A stretch of 64,000 nt of DNA from Candidatus Eiseniibacteriota bacterium (GCA_963792585.1 CAWBWI010000005.1:64001-128000), one strand, 5' to 3'; shown: positions 9,150 to 19,712, counted from the stretch's first letter. Notes: generated by a model not told the origin, from the letters alone. Translations and numbers: made by a program.

Positions 9150-11768
9150 CGGCGCCTCGATCGTGATGTAATAGACCCCCCCTGGCAGAGCCCGTCCCTG
9201 GTTGTCACGCCCGCTCCATGTCACCGTGTGCGTCCCCGATGGGTACGTTCCCTCCGAGACCACGTCAACCTCGCGTCCCGACACATCGAACGCAGCGATC
9301 CGCACGAGTCCCGGCTTCGGGTTGGAGAAGGTGATCGAGGCGGCGCCGGGCGCAGGGTTCGGCGCAATCCGAAGTGAGAGAGACCGGACGACTTCGGCGC
9401 CGATTCGCACGGAGCCGAGGCGCATGCGCTCGCCTCGACCTTCGATCCACCCAACCGCATACTCGTAGAGGGCGCCGGGCACGACGGTTGCGTCCAGGTA
9501 TTCGTATTCCGGCCCCCCGAGAATCGGCTCGCGGCTGATGCGCTCCCAGCCCGGCTCGTTCTCGCTTCGGCGGTAGAGATCGAAGCCGGTGGTGGTGACA
9601 TCCGCGGACAGAATCCACCGAAGGAGAATCCCCTCGTCGACCGGCTCCGTCGCGAAGCTCTGAAGCAGGATGGGCGTCGGCTCGTAGGGAAGGTCGAACT
9701 TTGCCACGAAGATGTCCGACATTCCGCCGTTGATCGACTGGTCGTAGGCCCCCGGGGTTGTCGGGAATCCCGGCGAATTCGTCCCCCCCACGATGACCGG
9801 GTCCGCGACGGAGTCGAGGGCGATGCCGAAGCCGGCATCGATGGTGCTGGCGCCAAGGAAGCTGCTCCACAGCAGCGATGCGCCCGACGCGCTCAACTGG
9901 CTCACGACCACGTCCCCCGAGCCGTTGAGCGAGGTGTCGTATGCGGCCCCCGCGGTCGGGAAGTCGGCGGAGCCGGTCCACCCGGTAAGGACGGGGTTGT
10001 CGAGAGGATCGAGGACGACATCGGACGCCGCGTCGTTGCTGCTGCCGCCGAGATACGTGGACCAGGCCAGCGTGAGGCCGTTTGCAGCCACCGACGTCAC
10101 GAACATGTCCAGGCTTGCCCCGTTGTAGGATGTGTCGTATGCCCCGCTCGTCGTCGGGAAATCGGTGGACGACGTGTGCCCAACGACCACGGCGTTTTCG
10201 TTGGAATCGAGTTTCACGTCCTCTGGGGCATCGCTACCCGATCCACCCAGGAAGGTGCTCCAGAGGAGCGCGTTGCCGGCCGCACTGAACTTCGTGACAA
10301 AGCCATCGTCCGAACCGCCCATAATCCCGTCGAAAGCCCCGGAGGTCGTCGGGAAATCGGCCGAGTCGGTCATACCGACCACGACCGGATTGCCGCTGGA
10401 ATCGACCGTGATGGCGTCGCCCCTGGTGAAGCTGCTCCCTTCGAGGTAGGAGCCCCAGAGGAGCGTCGTGCCGGTGGCGTTCATCTTGGCGACGAAGGCG
10501 GCCACGTTACCGTTGAACGATGTGTCGTACGCGCCCGCCGTCGCGGGGAAGTCTCCTGTCGCCGATCCGGTGACGTAGACATCCCCGGCTGCGTCGAGTG
10601 CCAAACCGAATCCCATACCCGACGCGTTCGTCCATAGGAATGTGCTCCAGATCAGAGCGTTGCCGGATGCACTGAGTTTGGTCAGGAAGTACTCGACCCA
10701 CGTGTTGGTTTGGTTGTAGGCGCCCGCTGTTGTCGGGAAATCCCCGGAGTAGGTCCGTCCCAAGAGGACGGGATTCGAGGCTCCATCGAGGGCGATCGCC
10801 TGGCCGTCGTTGTACTCGTCGCCGCTCCCCCCCAGAAACGTGCACCAGACGAGCGCGCTTCCGGACGGGTTGAACTTCGCAACGAAGATGTCCGGTGAGC
10901 CGAGGGTGGTATCGTAGGCCCCTGTGGTGACGGGAAAGTCCGCGGAGTCGGTGGTGCCCGTCACGATCGGCTCATCCGAAGCGCTGACGCCGATGTCGCC
11001 GACCTCGGCGTCGTGCCCGTTGCCTCCCAGGAAGGTGCTCCAGAGCAGGCTCGCCGGGTTGTCCATGGCGCGCTCCGCATCGGCCGGATGAAGAGTGTCC
11101 TTTGCGATCCCGGCTGCGGGGAATGTCAGGTGGCCCTCGCCGGAAGTCCCGGTAGGTCGTGAATCCTCGACCGCGCCCGCGGAGGTCTCGATTCGCAGGA
11201 TCCCGTCCATCCCCGGCTCCACGCGGTCCGCACCCTCGTAGCGAAAGCACGCCCGGCTCGCATCCGCTCCGCCGCGCGCGATCAGCTTGTACTGGATCCC
11301 CTCCGGCTCCTCGCGATAGACGAGGTCGATCCCCGGCCAGAGATCCTTGTAGACCACCTCGGAGTAGACGGGAACATCAGTGCGCCACGCGGAGGCGTCA
11401 CTGCCCAGGAAGAAATTGTATCGGGTCGGCAGCGCCGCGCGCGCTTCGATCACGGGCATGGGATTCGCGGCTTCGAACGTGAGCCGCACCGCGCACCCAC
11501 GGAGGCGCTGCTCCCGCGTCGGCTCCTTGCGATCCATGATCACGCCTCCGGCGGTGAAGTAGACAGACACGCCCGCTCCTCGAGCGTAGTACCGCACGGA
11601 GCCGTCGACCTGTCCCCGGTTCTCGATGAACCCGCGGGGCGCGGTGATCCCCATTCGCGCCGGGTGCGTCCCGGCCGCAGGGCACTCCGCAGGAATCGAT
11701 CCGAGCGCTGCGACCGTCATGCACGCGAGCGCGAATGTACCGACGGAACCGATCAGACGATGTTTCAT
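9111..11768 (-). CDS. Secreted SBBP (beta-propeller) repeat protein with C-terminal FlgD-Ig/T9SS-like domain
   Basis: Signal peptide; 'FIENRGQ' N-domain; about 7 repeats of 'WSTFLGGSG.D...G.T.S.DFPTT.GAYD'; terminal 'PNP...FDVSGR...WSGRDNQGRALPGGVYY'. Confidence 0.9.
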   Translation of the reverse strand: MKHRLIGSVGTFALACMTVAALGSIPAECPAAGTHPARMGITAPRGFIENRGQVDGSVRYYARGAGVSVYFTAGGVIMDRKEPTREQRLRGCAVRLTFEAANPMPVIEARAALPTRYNFFLGSDASAWRTDVPVYSEVVYKDLWPGIDLVYREEPEGIQYKLIARGGADASRACFRYEGADRVEPGMDGILRIETSAGAVEDSRPTGTSGEGHLTFPAAGIAKDTLHPADAERAMDNPASLLWSTFLGGNGHDAEVGDIGVSASDEPIVTGTTDSADFPVTTGAYDTTLGSPDIFVAKFNPSGSALVWCTFLGGSGDEYNDGQAIALDGASNPVLLGRTYSGDFPTTAGAYNQTNTWVEYFLTKLSASGNALIWSTFLWTNASGMGFGLALDAAGDVYVTGSATGDFPATAGAYDTSFNGNVAAFVAKMNATGTTLLWGSYLEGSSFTRGDAITVDSSGNPVVVGMTDSADFPTTSGAFDGIMGGSDDGFVTKFSAAGNALLWSTFLGGSGSDAPEDVKLDSNENAVVVGHTSSTDFPTTSGAYDTSYNGASLDMFVTSVAANGLTLAWSTYLGGSSNDAASDVVLDPLDNPVLTGWTGSADFPTAGAAYDTSLNGSGDVVVSQLSASGASLLWSSFLGASTIDAGFGIALDSVADPVIVGGTNSPGFPTTPGAYDQSINGGMSDIFVAKFDLPYEPTPILLQSFATEPVDEGILLRWILSADVTTTGFDLYRRSENEPGWERISREPILGGPEYEYLDATVVPGALYEYAVGWIEGRGERMRLGSVRIGAEVVRSLSLRIAPNPAPGAASITFSNPKPGLVRIAAFDVSGREVDVVSEGTYPSGTHTVTWSGRDNQGRALPGGVYYITIEAPSGTRSRPMLRIR

Positions 11769-11903
11769 CGATTGCCCCTCCGCGGCCGCCCGTATGGAAC
11801 GCCGCAATGATCTCCGTCGTCCCCGCGCTGGGACGATCGCGAAGGGTCGTCCGCGGACCGGCGATGGAAATGTTCTGCGGCCGCTGTTCGAAGCGAACGG
11901 CGG

Positions 11904-11932
11904 ATTGTACATCGTCCCCCGCAGGCTGTACA
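11904..11932 (-). promoter_or_regulatory. Putative sigma70 promoter for the SBBP gene
   Basis: Minus strand TGTACA-N17-TACAAT, about 135 bp upstream of ATG 11768. Confidence 0.45.
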
Positions 11933-12148
11933 GGAGTTGTTGATCGATGCGGTTGCCCGACGTCGGGAATCTTCCAGGTTCCCGGCACGTCGCATTGCGG
12001 GGCGTTCGCGCATCGGTGAAAAAGTAAGGGGCGTTTGTGAATGTTCGTACACGTTCCGCGAATGCGCCGTACAAGACGGCGGCCGGGTCGTCCGGCTTCG
12101 GGAGGCAGCGAGCAGAGAATGGGCCCGAAGGTGTCCGAGCGGAGTACG

Positions 12149-12256
12149 TTACTGCTTCACGAGTTCGAGGCGTCTGCTCTTCGCACTTGCCTGCGATAGA
12201 GTCATGTTCGCCTCGAACCCGCCGATGGTGTCCGTGTGACTAACCACGGACACCAT
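12149..12256 (-). pseudogene. Internally deleted remnant of an OmpA C-terminal domain
   Basis: 35-aa ORF MVSVVSHTDTIGGFEANMTLSQASAKSRRLELVKQ joins the 'V.GHTD..G....N..LS' and 'NRRVELV' OmpA motifs with the middle missing. Confidence 0.6.
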
Positions 12257-12257
12257 C
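12224..12257. repeat. Perfect 13-bp inverted repeat
   Basis: GATGGTGTCCGTG-TGACTAAC-CACGGACACCATC. Confidence 0.85.
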
Positions 12258-12292
12258 TTCAGCCAGCATCTCCTCCAGCCGGAGGCGCTGCA

Positions 12293-13624
12293 TCAACGGG
12301 CCAGGGTGATCCTCCCGACCTGCATCGCTCCCGAACACGTCATGCGCACGAAGTAGACGCCAGGCGCGGCCCGCTGCCCGAGCTCGTTCCTACCGTCCCA
12401 CAGGACCTGCTGCGGGCCGCTCTCGCTCAGGAGCCCGGTCAGTTCCCGAACCGCACGCCCTGCGGCGTCATAGATGGCAATCCTCGTCTGCCCGTCCCGC
12501 GGAGCGTTGTAGACGAGCCGGACCGATCCGGCGAATGGATTCGGCTCGGGATTGATGAAAATGGCGCCGGTCGAGGAACCCGTGGCGACATCCGTGCCGG
12601 TCATCCCACCGGTGATGGTGTGCAGAATCGTCCCGTTCTCCCCGACGGCCGTTCCGATCCAAGGGCTGATGAATTGGATCTTCCCGAGATTCCGATCGCT
12701 AGCGGTCGTCTGCTCCGTCCATGTGGTACCACCATCCGTGGTGACCGCGACGAGCCCCGCATCGCCGGCCACCCAACCGAGGTCGGCACTTTGGAAAGAC
12801 ATGTGGGTGGAGCGGAGGCTCTCGACCGTCTTCAGTGTCCAGTGCGCGCCTCCGTCCATCGATTTCTTCAAGCGCCCCCCCTCGGGGCCGTCTCCTGCGG
12901 GGCCGTAGAAACCGACCTGGGATCCGACGAACTGGACCTCCTGGTTCGGACCCGTCATGGAAGTCACGACCTGGAACGACTGCCCCGCATTCGTCGTCTT
13001 GAAGAGCAAGCCATACTGCGCGTAGTCGTACCTCTGGATCCCGCAGGCGATGAACGCCGTCTGCGCGGAGAGGGCGGCGACATCGAGGGCGAAGGTGGCG
13101 CAAGGATGCCCGTCGTCGTACGAGATGGAACCCCCTGCCCAGTGCGCCCCCGCGTCGATGGTGACCCCGACGGTCGCCAGAGAACCGGCGGGACCGCCCT
13201 CCGAAGAGCCCGCGATCCAAATCGTCTGCGGATCGATCACACAGACGGCGCTGATCGCCGGAGTCTGCTCCTCGTGCCGGATCATCGTCCAGGTCGCGCC
13301 GCCGTCGGCGGTGCGCCAGATCGTGTTCTGCTCACCAACGGCGTATCCGTTGTTCAGATCCGCGAAGTCGATATCTCTCACATCGAGCGACGATCCCAGA
13401 TCCTGTTGAGCCCAGGTCGCCCCCCCGTCGGCGGTACGCAGGATCGTCCCGGAGGCTCCGCAGATCCAACCATTGTCGGCATCCACGAAATCAACGCCCG
13501 TCAGACTGGTGGCCACGGGAGACGTCTGCTGGTACCAGCCCGTCTGGGCAAGAGTGGTTGCAGACGTCAACGGCATTGACAGAGCGAGAAGAAAGTTGGC
13601 GAGAAACAACGTGCGCTTCGACAT
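12293..13624 (-). CDS. Secreted YCF48/BNR-repeat beta-propeller protein with FlgD-Ig/T9SS-like C-terminal domain
   Basis: Signal peptide, repeated 'T.DGGATW', terminal 'PNPF...IYDAAGR...WDGRNELGQRAAPGVYF'; AAGGAGG RBS. Confidence 0.9.
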   Translation of the reverse strand: MSKRTLFLANFLLALSMPLTSATTLAQTGWYQQTSPVATSLTGVDFVDADNGWICGASGTILRTADGGATWAQQDLGSSLDVRDIDFADLNNGYAVGEQNTIWRTADGGATWTMIRHEEQTPAISAVCVIDPQTIWIAGSSEGGPAGSLATVGVTIDAGAHWAGGSISYDDGHPCATFALDVAALSAQTAFIACGIQRYDYAQYGLLFKTTNAGQSFQVVTSMTGPNQEVQFVGSQVGFYGPAGDGPEGGRLKKSMDGGAHWTLKTVESLRSTHMSFQSADLGWVAGDAGLVAVTTDGGTTWTEQTTASDRNLGKIQFISPWIGTAVGENGTILHTITGGMTGTDVATGSSTGAIFINPEPNPFAGSVRLVYNAPRDGQTRIAIYDAAGRAVRELTGLLSESGPQQVLWDGRNELGQRAAPGVYFVRMTCSGAMQVGRITLAR

Positions 13625-13943
13625 TTCACCCCTCCTTGAGCGTCGGCATCATAGTCGGCGGGTGCGAATCATAAAGCACAGGCGACCGGATCCGCGGTCG
13701 GAATGACCAACGGAGCCATGGACACGCTCGCAGTTCACCGCTTCATCGCGGCTCATGCGGCGCCGACGGAATTATAGAGGAACGCGTCGGGAGGTGCCAT
13801 CGAAAGTCGGCTCGGAATTGGGCGCGGAACAGCGAGAGGGTGCGCGGGAGGCAGACGCCCGGACCATCCGCCCGTGGCGTCGAGAGGGGCGGCGGGCAAA
13901 CGCCACCGCCTCTCCCCCGAGATTGCGGAATCCACTGCGGCGC

Positions 13944-14978
13944 CTACGGTTTCGCCTCCTCCACCCGGATCGAACCGGCGCCGGTGTCGATTCTGACCGA
14001 CGCGGCGCCTGCGCCCGTCCTGAAGGTCAGATCGTCGGTCGAACTCTGGTGGATCTGCGCTCCGGGCAGATCGACATCGATCTTCCCGACGCCCGTGTCG
14101 GCCGTGAAGCGCGCCGATGCGCCGGCCGGAACGCGCAGGTCGACCGAACCGCTCCCGGTGTCGATCAGGAAGTCGCCATCACCCATCCGAGAAAGGAGAA
14201 CCGAGACATTGCCACTGCCCGTATCGATCTTCATCGCATCGCACTCGATCTCGGCTGCGCTCACGGAGCCGCTGCCCGTGTCGACATCGAGGTCCTCCGC
14301 GTGACAACGGAACAGGTCCACCGACCCGCTGCCGGTGTCGACCGCCAGCTTGCCGTTGGAATCAGACACCTGGACCTTGCCGCTTCCGGTGTCGATCGAT
14401 AGTTCACCATCGGATCGACGGACCGTGACGGGGCCGCAGTGCGAGTCGAGGAGCATCCCGCCGACGGTTCCCTCCGTCTCGATCGGGCCTGCGCCGTGGC
14501 GAATTTCGAGGCGCTTGCCGCGCGGCAACTTGACCGTGACGTCGGCCCAGATCTCGAGCCCCTTCCCCTTGTTTCCGATCCAGACCCTGTCGTGATTGCC
14601 GGGGATCACGAGACTGAGCCAACCCAATCCGCTCCCCTTGCCTTCGGACACGTCGATCGTCGTGTTGAAATCACTTCCCATCTCGGGGTAGACGAAGCGC
14701 GATTCCTTCTCCACGGGAAAACGGATCGAGAGCCGCGCCTTCTCGCCGTCCGTCTTCTCGAAGGTGATCTTCCCGGGCGCGGCGTCGCGGCCCCTCACCG
14801 AAACGCTCACATCGAAACTCGAGCCGTCGGCAGGCTCGACCCGCACCTTCCCCACGAGGTTTGCGATCACGAGTTCGCCGCCCCCGAAGGCAAAGCTCTG
14901 CTCGATTCCCTCCGCCGAGCCGAGCGTCGCGACCGCACACAGGGCGGCCATCATGAAGAAAGAAATCCGGCACATCAT
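13944..14978 (-). CDS. DUF4097-type beta-strand repeat protein (putative adhesin)
   Basis: Signal peptide and multiple 'DTGSGSV' repeats; AAGGAG RBS before ATG 14978. Confidence 0.85.
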   Translation of the reverse strand: MMCRISFFMMAALCAVATLGSAEGIEQSFAFGGGELVIANLVGKVRVEPADGSSFDVSVSVRGRDAAPGKITFEKTDGEKARLSIRFPVEKESRFVYPEMGSDFNTTIDVSEGKGSGLGWLSLVIPGNHDRVWIGNKGKGLEIWADVTVKLPRGKRLEIRHGAGPIETEGTVGGMLLDSHCGPVTVRRSDGELSIDTGSGKVQVSDSNGKLAVDTGSGSVDLFRCHAEDLDVDTGSGSVSAAEIECDAMKIDTGSGNVSVLLSRMGDGDFLIDTGSGSVDLRVPAGASARFTADTGVGKIDVDLPGAQIHQSSTDDLTFRTGAGAASVRIDTGAGSIRVEEAKP

Positions 14979-14998
14979 TGTCTCCTTCTCAGTCGGCC

Positions 14999-16006
14999 TC
15001 AATCCGACCAGTCCCGAGGCAGCGGTTGGGTGTGCCCCAGGACCGGGTGAGGCCGGTAGGGCGCCTCGAGCCTTACGATCTCGTCGGCGGTTAGTTTCAT
15101 ATCCGCTGCGGCAATGGCGTCCTCCAGGTGCTCGGCCCGGGTCGCTCCGACGATTGGCGCGCTCACGCCGGGCACGCTCAGAAGCCACGCCAGGGCGACT
15201 TGCGCCGGTTTCGCCCCCCTTTGGCGGGCCACATCCAGTAGCACGTCGAGAACGCGGAAATCGTCCTCCTCGAAATAGAGATCGTCAGCGAAGGGATCGG
15301 CTTGGGCGCGCGCCGTCGCCCGGCGCTCGTCGCGGGTGCGGCTGCCGGTCAGGAACCCACGCGCAAGCGGGCTCCAGGGGATCACACCGATCCCTTCCTC
15401 GAGGCACAGCGGGATCATCTCCCGTTCTTCCTCGCGGTAGGCGAGGTTGAAGTGGTTCTGCATCGAGACGAAGCGGGCGAGACTCCGGCTGTCCGAGACG
15501 TGGAGCGCCTTCGCGAACTGCCAGGCGGCCATGCTGCTCGCCCCGATGTACCGCACCTTCCCTGAGCGCACGAGGGCATCGAGCGCCCCCAGCGTCTCCT
15601 CGATCGGCGTCGCCGGATCCCAACGGTGGATCTGGTAGAGATCGATGAAGTCGACCCCGAGCCGCCGCAGAGAGGCATCGCACGCTTCGAGGACGTGCTT
15701 TCGGGAAAGGCCCCCCGCATTCGGGCGCTTTTCGAGCGGGAAGAAGACCTTCGTCGCGAGCACGATCTCCTCCCGCCGCGCCATTTCGCCCAGGAGCCTG
15801 CCTGTCACCTCTTCGCTCACGCCCCGCGAGTACATGTCGGCGGTGTCGAAGAAGTTGATCCCGGCGTCGAGCGCCCTGCGAAAGTGGGGTCGCGCCGCCG
15901 CCTCATCGAGAACCCACGGCCTCCACGCCGGGTCGCCGTAGCTCATGCAGCCGAGCGCGATTCGCGAGACCTTCAGACCGGTGGAACCGAGTCGCACGTA
16001 GTCCAT
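14999..16006 (-). CDS. Aldo/keto reductase
   Basis: LGCMSYG, FFDTADMY, LATKV, IDLYQIHRWD, PWSPLARG. Confidence 0.95.
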   Translation of the reverse strand: MDYVRLGSTGLKVSRIALGCMSYGDPAWRPWVLDEAAARPHFRRALDAGINFFDTADMYSRGVSEEVTGRLLGEMARREEIVLATKVFFPLEKRPNAGGLSRKHVLEACDASLRRLGVDFIDLYQIHRWDPATPIEETLGALDALVRSGKVRYIGASSMAAWQFAKALHVSDSRSLARFVSMQNHFNLAYREEEREMIPLCLEEGIGVIPWSPLARGFLTGSRTRDERRATARAQADPFADDLYFEEDDFRVLDVLLDVARQRGAKPAQVALAWLLSVPGVSAPIVGATRAEHLEDAIAAADMKLTADEIVRLEAPYRPHPVLGHTQPLPRDWSD

Positions 16007-16122
16007 GGTGTGATCTCCTCGTCGGAGATCCTAGCACGCGGGACCATATTGGAACTTTCGGCCGCGCCGGGGCCCGTCTACAATCATTCGCGGAAGATCG
16101 GACACCCGATGAGGAGGACCAA

Positions 16123-17343
16123 ATGATCCGCTTGTGTATCCTCTCGATCGCGATTGCCGGCCTCCTTGGAGCGTCGCTCGGCATCGTATCCACCGCCCAG
16201 GGACAGATCCCCTACCCTTATCTCGCCATGAGCGTGCGGCCTGACAGCCCGGCCAACACGTGCGCCAACGCCCCGCCGCCTTGCGAGGGCGCAGCGCGGG
16301 TTCTGACCACGGGCCGGTACGAGTTCGATCTCTACCGGGTCACCGACTATGGCGAAGACGCCTCGGACAGGGCCCGCCTCTGCTTGGTCTGGCCCGCAGC
16401 GTGGAGCTTCGTCTCCGCCGAACTTTGTGAAGGGTCCCTCGTCTCCGGCGATCCGAGCGTGCCGGGAGCGCAAATGGAGTTTGCATTCCAGGACTGCTTT
16501 GCTGGCGGGACTCCATTCCTGCGGATCGTCATGGATTGCCCGACACCCGGCAGCTTCGCGGCGGCCTGCAGTCCCACCGCGCACGGATGCTGGACCAACG
16601 AGTGGGTGGAGGAATCCTACCCCCTGAGTTGCGACGTCGGCGACTGGTGCGGCCGCCTCCCCAAGCACCCCTGCAACTGGTGCTCGATGAGTTACCGGCA
16701 GGCGGCGGGATTCGATCCACCGAATCTCGAACTCACGCTGCCGTCCGGGCAAACCTGGACCGAGGTCCTGTACGTATGGGGCGATCTGGGTCCCGACTGC
16801 GGAGGCGCGCCCGAGTGCGGTGAAGGCTACGGCCGCTGCTTCGACGGGCTCCGTGCGGACGTTTCTTGGATGACGCCCAGCGTAGCCTGGCCACCAGGCG
16901 ACGGGTTCCGCCACATCGCCTATGCACTGCACGTCAACACTCTCGGCCTCGCGCCCGGACGCCACGAAGGGAACATCCTCTCCAGCCCCGGCTGCAGTTG
17001 GTGCATCGAGAATTGCATGCCGGTGACCCTCAACGTGCTGGATCCCGCGGCCGTGGACGCGACCGTCCCGACGCAGGGCGCGCGCCTCGATGGTCCCTAT
17101 CCAAACCCTGCCACGGACCGCTTCGCGTACGCGATCACGGCAGCCGCCCCGACGCGCGCGCGGGTTGCGATCTTCGATATCGCCGGCCGGCGCGTTGCCG
17201 AACTCCTCGACCGTGACCTGACGGCGGGGTCCCACGACTTCACATGGACCGCTCAAGGAGATGATCTGCCGAGCGGGTCCTACGTCTTGCGACTGGAGAC
17301 CGACGGGGCCCGGCAGTTGCGTCTGATCGTCCTCGCGCGCTGA
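16123..17343 (+). CDS. Secreted Cys-rich protein with FlgD-Ig/T9SS-like C-terminal domain
   Basis: Signal peptide, more than 15 Cys, terminal 'PYPNP...IFDIAGRRV...LPSGSYVLRL'; GAGGAGG RBS. Confidence 0.8.
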   Translation: MIRLCILSIAIAGLLGASLGIVSTAQGQIPYPYLAMSVRPDSPANTCANAPPPCEGAARVLTTGRYEFDLYRVTDYGEDASDRARLCLVWPAAWSFVSAELCEGSLVSGDPSVPGAQMEFAFQDCFAGGTPFLRIVMDCPTPGSFAAACSPTAHGCWTNEWVEESYPLSCDVGDWCGRLPKHPCNWCSMSYRQAAGFDPPNLELTLPSGQTWTEVLYVWGDLGPDCGGAPECGEGYGRCFDGLRADVSWMTPSVAWPPGDGFRHIAYALHVNTLGLAPGRHEGNILSSPGCSWCIENCMPVTLNVLDPAAVDATVPTQGARLDGPYPNPATDRFAYAITAAAPTRARVAIFDIAGRRVAELLDRDLTAGSHDFTWTAQGDDLPSGSYVLRLETDGARQLRLIVLAR

Positions 17344-17382
17344 CGGACCGGCCATCCCGGCCCGGTCGCACGGTTCGAAACG

Positions 17383-17407
17383 GCCGCCGCCTCCCCGAGG
17401 CGGCGGC
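17383..17407 (+). terminator. GC-rich hairpin after the Cys-rich gene
   Basis: GCCGCCGCCTC-CCC-GAGGCGGCGGC; weak U-tract. Confidence 0.5.
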
Positions 17408-17493
17408 TGTGCCCTTGACATCTCACGGCGGGGATCGGAGATTAACCCGTTCCACGGATTCCTCCGCGAGGCCTTTGCAGGGAGAGCGCGCCG

Positions 17494-19248
17494 ATGGCCC
17501 AAACCAAACCTCCACCGCTCGAGACGATTCCCCCGCACCTGGGGGTTTACCTCTCGAAGCAGGACTACGGGCTCTACACGCCGATCGATCACGCGGCATG
17601 GCGGTTCATCCTGCGCATCGGCAGAGCGTTCTATGCGACGCACGCCCACCCGAAGTACATGGAGGGTCTTCAGGAAACCGGCATCTCCACCGAGCGAATC
17701 CCGAGGATCGAGGAGATGGATGCGGCCCTGCGGCGCTTCGGTTGGCGCGCCGTCCCGGTGATCGGCTTCATCCCGCCTGCAGCGTTCCTCGAGTTCCAGT
17801 CGCACGGCCTCCTCCCGATCGCCTGCGACATGCGCAAGGCCGAGCACCTCGAGTACACCCCCGCGCCCGACATCGTCCACGAGGCTGCCGGCCACGCGCC
17901 GATCATCGCCGACCCCGCCTTCGCAGCCTACCTGCGTAGCTACGGCGAGGTCTCCCGCCGGGCCATCTTCTCGAAGGAGAACATGGGGATCTACCGCGCC
18001 GTCCGCCGTCTCTCCGACACGAAGGAGCGGCCCGACGCCACGCCCGAGGACATCGCCTCGGCGCAGAGGGAACTCGACGCGCGCCTCTCCGAGGTCACGT
18101 ACGACAGCGAGGTCGACTGGGTCACACGCCTCGGCTGGTGGACGACGGAGTATGGTCTCGTCGGCGATCTCGACAACTTCCAGATCTACGGCGCGGGGCT
18201 CCTCTCCTCGATCGGAGAGGGCTACAAGTGCTTCTCCGCCGCGGTCCGCAAGCTCCCCCTCACGATCGATTGCATCCATCAGTCCTTCAATATCACCGAG
18301 CCGCAGCCGCAGCTCTTCGTGACGCCGACCTTCGAGCACCTGACCCACGTCCTGGATGAGTTGGCCTCGCGGATGGCCTTCCGCATCGGGGGCGTTCACG
18401 GACTCGAGACGGCGCGCCGCGGGGAGACCGTCGTCACCGTCGAGCTCGACAGCGGCCTCCAGATGAGCGGGACCCTGTCCACATTCCGCCTCGATGACGC
18501 CGGCATGCCGTCCCTTCTGCGCTTCAGCGGTCCCGTGCAACTCGCGCGGGGCGATGTCCAGATCCCCGGCCAGGATCCCGGATACCACTCCGACGGATAC
18601 AGCTCCCCCATCGGTCTCCTGCGCGGAGAGCGCGCGAGCGCCGCCGAACTCTCGGATGCGGAACTCGAGACCCGCGGATTCGGCGCCGATCGCAGGGGGC
18701 GTTTCGAGTTCGCCTCCGGAATCGTCCTCGAGGGACGCCTCGTCGCCAAAGTCCGCGATGGAGGGCGCAATCAAATCCTCACGTTTGCGGAGTGCACCGT
18801 TCGCGCGGGGGACGAGATCCTCTTCGATCCGGCGTGGGGACCTTTCGATCTCGCCTGCGGGGGATCGGTGGCCAGCGTCTTCGGTGGCGCCGCCGACCGT
18901 CACGCATACATGGTCGCGCTCGGGGAGTACCACTACGAGCCGGGAACCCACAAGACGAATCTCACCGCGGCCAACGAGGGGCTGAACCGCCTCTACGCCC
19001 GTCTGCGAGAGATCCGCGAAGGCGGCCTCGCCCCGCGGCGCCCCGAGGAACTCGCTGCGATCGCGCGCGAACTCGAGGAGGCCTATCCGAACGACTGGTT
19101 GCTACGATGGGAGATGCTCGAGATCGACCGGGATCTCGGATTCCATGCGGCCTGGGCGCCAATGCTGCGCGGGCGCCTCGATGCAATCCGAACCGACCAA
19201 CCCGCGGCCGCGGAGAGTATCGAGCGGGGCCTCGCGCTGCTCGCCTGA
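17494..19248 (+). CDS. phhA: Phenylalanine 4-monooxygenase / aromatic amino acid hydroxylase (long form)
   Basis: YTPAPDIVHEAAGHAP, WWTTEYGL, IYGAGLLSSIGE iron-binding motifs. Confidence 0.9.
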   Translation: MAQTKPPPLETIPPHLGVYLSKQDYGLYTPIDHAAWRFILRIGRAFYATHAHPKYMEGLQETGISTERIPRIEEMDAALRRFGWRAVPVIGFIPPAAFLEFQSHGLLPIACDMRKAEHLEYTPAPDIVHEAAGHAPIIADPAFAAYLRSYGEVSRRAIFSKENMGIYRAVRRLSDTKERPDATPEDIASAQRELDARLSEVTYDSEVDWVTRLGWWTTEYGLVGDLDNFQIYGAGLLSSIGEGYKCFSAAVRKLPLTIDCIHQSFNITEPQPQLFVTPTFEHLTHVLDELASRMAFRIGGVHGLETARRGETVVTVELDSGLQMSGTLSTFRLDDAGMPSLLRFSGPVQLARGDVQIPGQDPGYHSDGYSSPIGLLRGERASAAELSDAELETRGFGADRRGRFEFASGIVLEGRLVAKVRDGGRNQILTFAECTVRAGDEILFDPAWGPFDLACGGSVASVFGGAADRHAYMVALGEYHYEPGTHKTNLTAANEGLNRLYARLREIREGGLAPRRPEELAAIARELEEAYPNDWLLRWEMLEIDRDLGFHAAWAPMLRGRLDAIRTDQPAAAESIERGLALLA

Positions 19249-19286
19249 TCCCCGCCGGCCTTCGGGAACCCGAAAGGACCCGAACG

Positions 19287-19712
19287 ATGAAGCCTGAGGT
19301 TCTTGCGATCGTGACGGCGGCGGCCTGGGGAATCGGCGGCTACTTCGAGAAGAAGGGGCTGCACCTCGGTCATCTCTCCCCGCAGGTCGGCATCACGCTG
19401 CGGACCGCGGTGGCACTGGTGATCCTGGGGGCCATCAGCGCGCCGCAACTACGCACGCTCTCCCACGCCGGACCCCGTGCGCTCACGATGATGATCCTCG
19501 GAGGGGGCGTCGTCGCGGGCGCGGTCGGGATGCTCTGCTTCTATGCGGCGATCAAGGGCGCCCCGCTCTCGCGCGTGATGCCCATCGCTTTCACCTCTCC
19601 CCTCTTCGGCGCACTCATGGGGGTTCTGCTGGGGGGCGAGCACCTGACCGTCAAGACGGTGATCGGGATTCTCATGAGCGTCGGCGGGATCGTTCTGCTG
19701 ACGATCGGGTGA
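19287..19712 (+). CDS. Single-repeat EamA/DMT family membrane protein
   Basis: About 141 aa, highly hydrophobic, 'LLGGEHLT' motif. Confidence 0.8.
   Translation: MKPEVLAIVTAAAWGIGGYFEKKGLHLGHLSPQVGITLRTAVALVILGAISAPQLRTLSHAGPRALTMMILGGGVVAGAVGMLCFYAAIKGAPLSRVMPIAFTSPLFGALMGVLLGGEHLTVKTVIGILMSVGGIVLLTIG

Noticed and set aside
9700..11050. Regularly spaced repeats that could suggest a CRISPR array
   Set aside because: These are degenerate protein-coding SBBP repeats, with no identical DNA repeats and no cas genes.
12043..12056. GTTC-N6-GTTC as a LexA box
   Set aside because: The spacing does not match the GTTC-N7-GTTC consensus and the site is not upstream of uvrA.
16084..18951. 955-aa antisense ORF, and similar long shadow ORFs (e.g. 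36262-38832, 53542-56331, 19541-21835)
   Set aside because: They overlap clearly recognisable genes and are Arg/Pro/Gly-rich with no motifs; typical high-GC off-frame artefacts.
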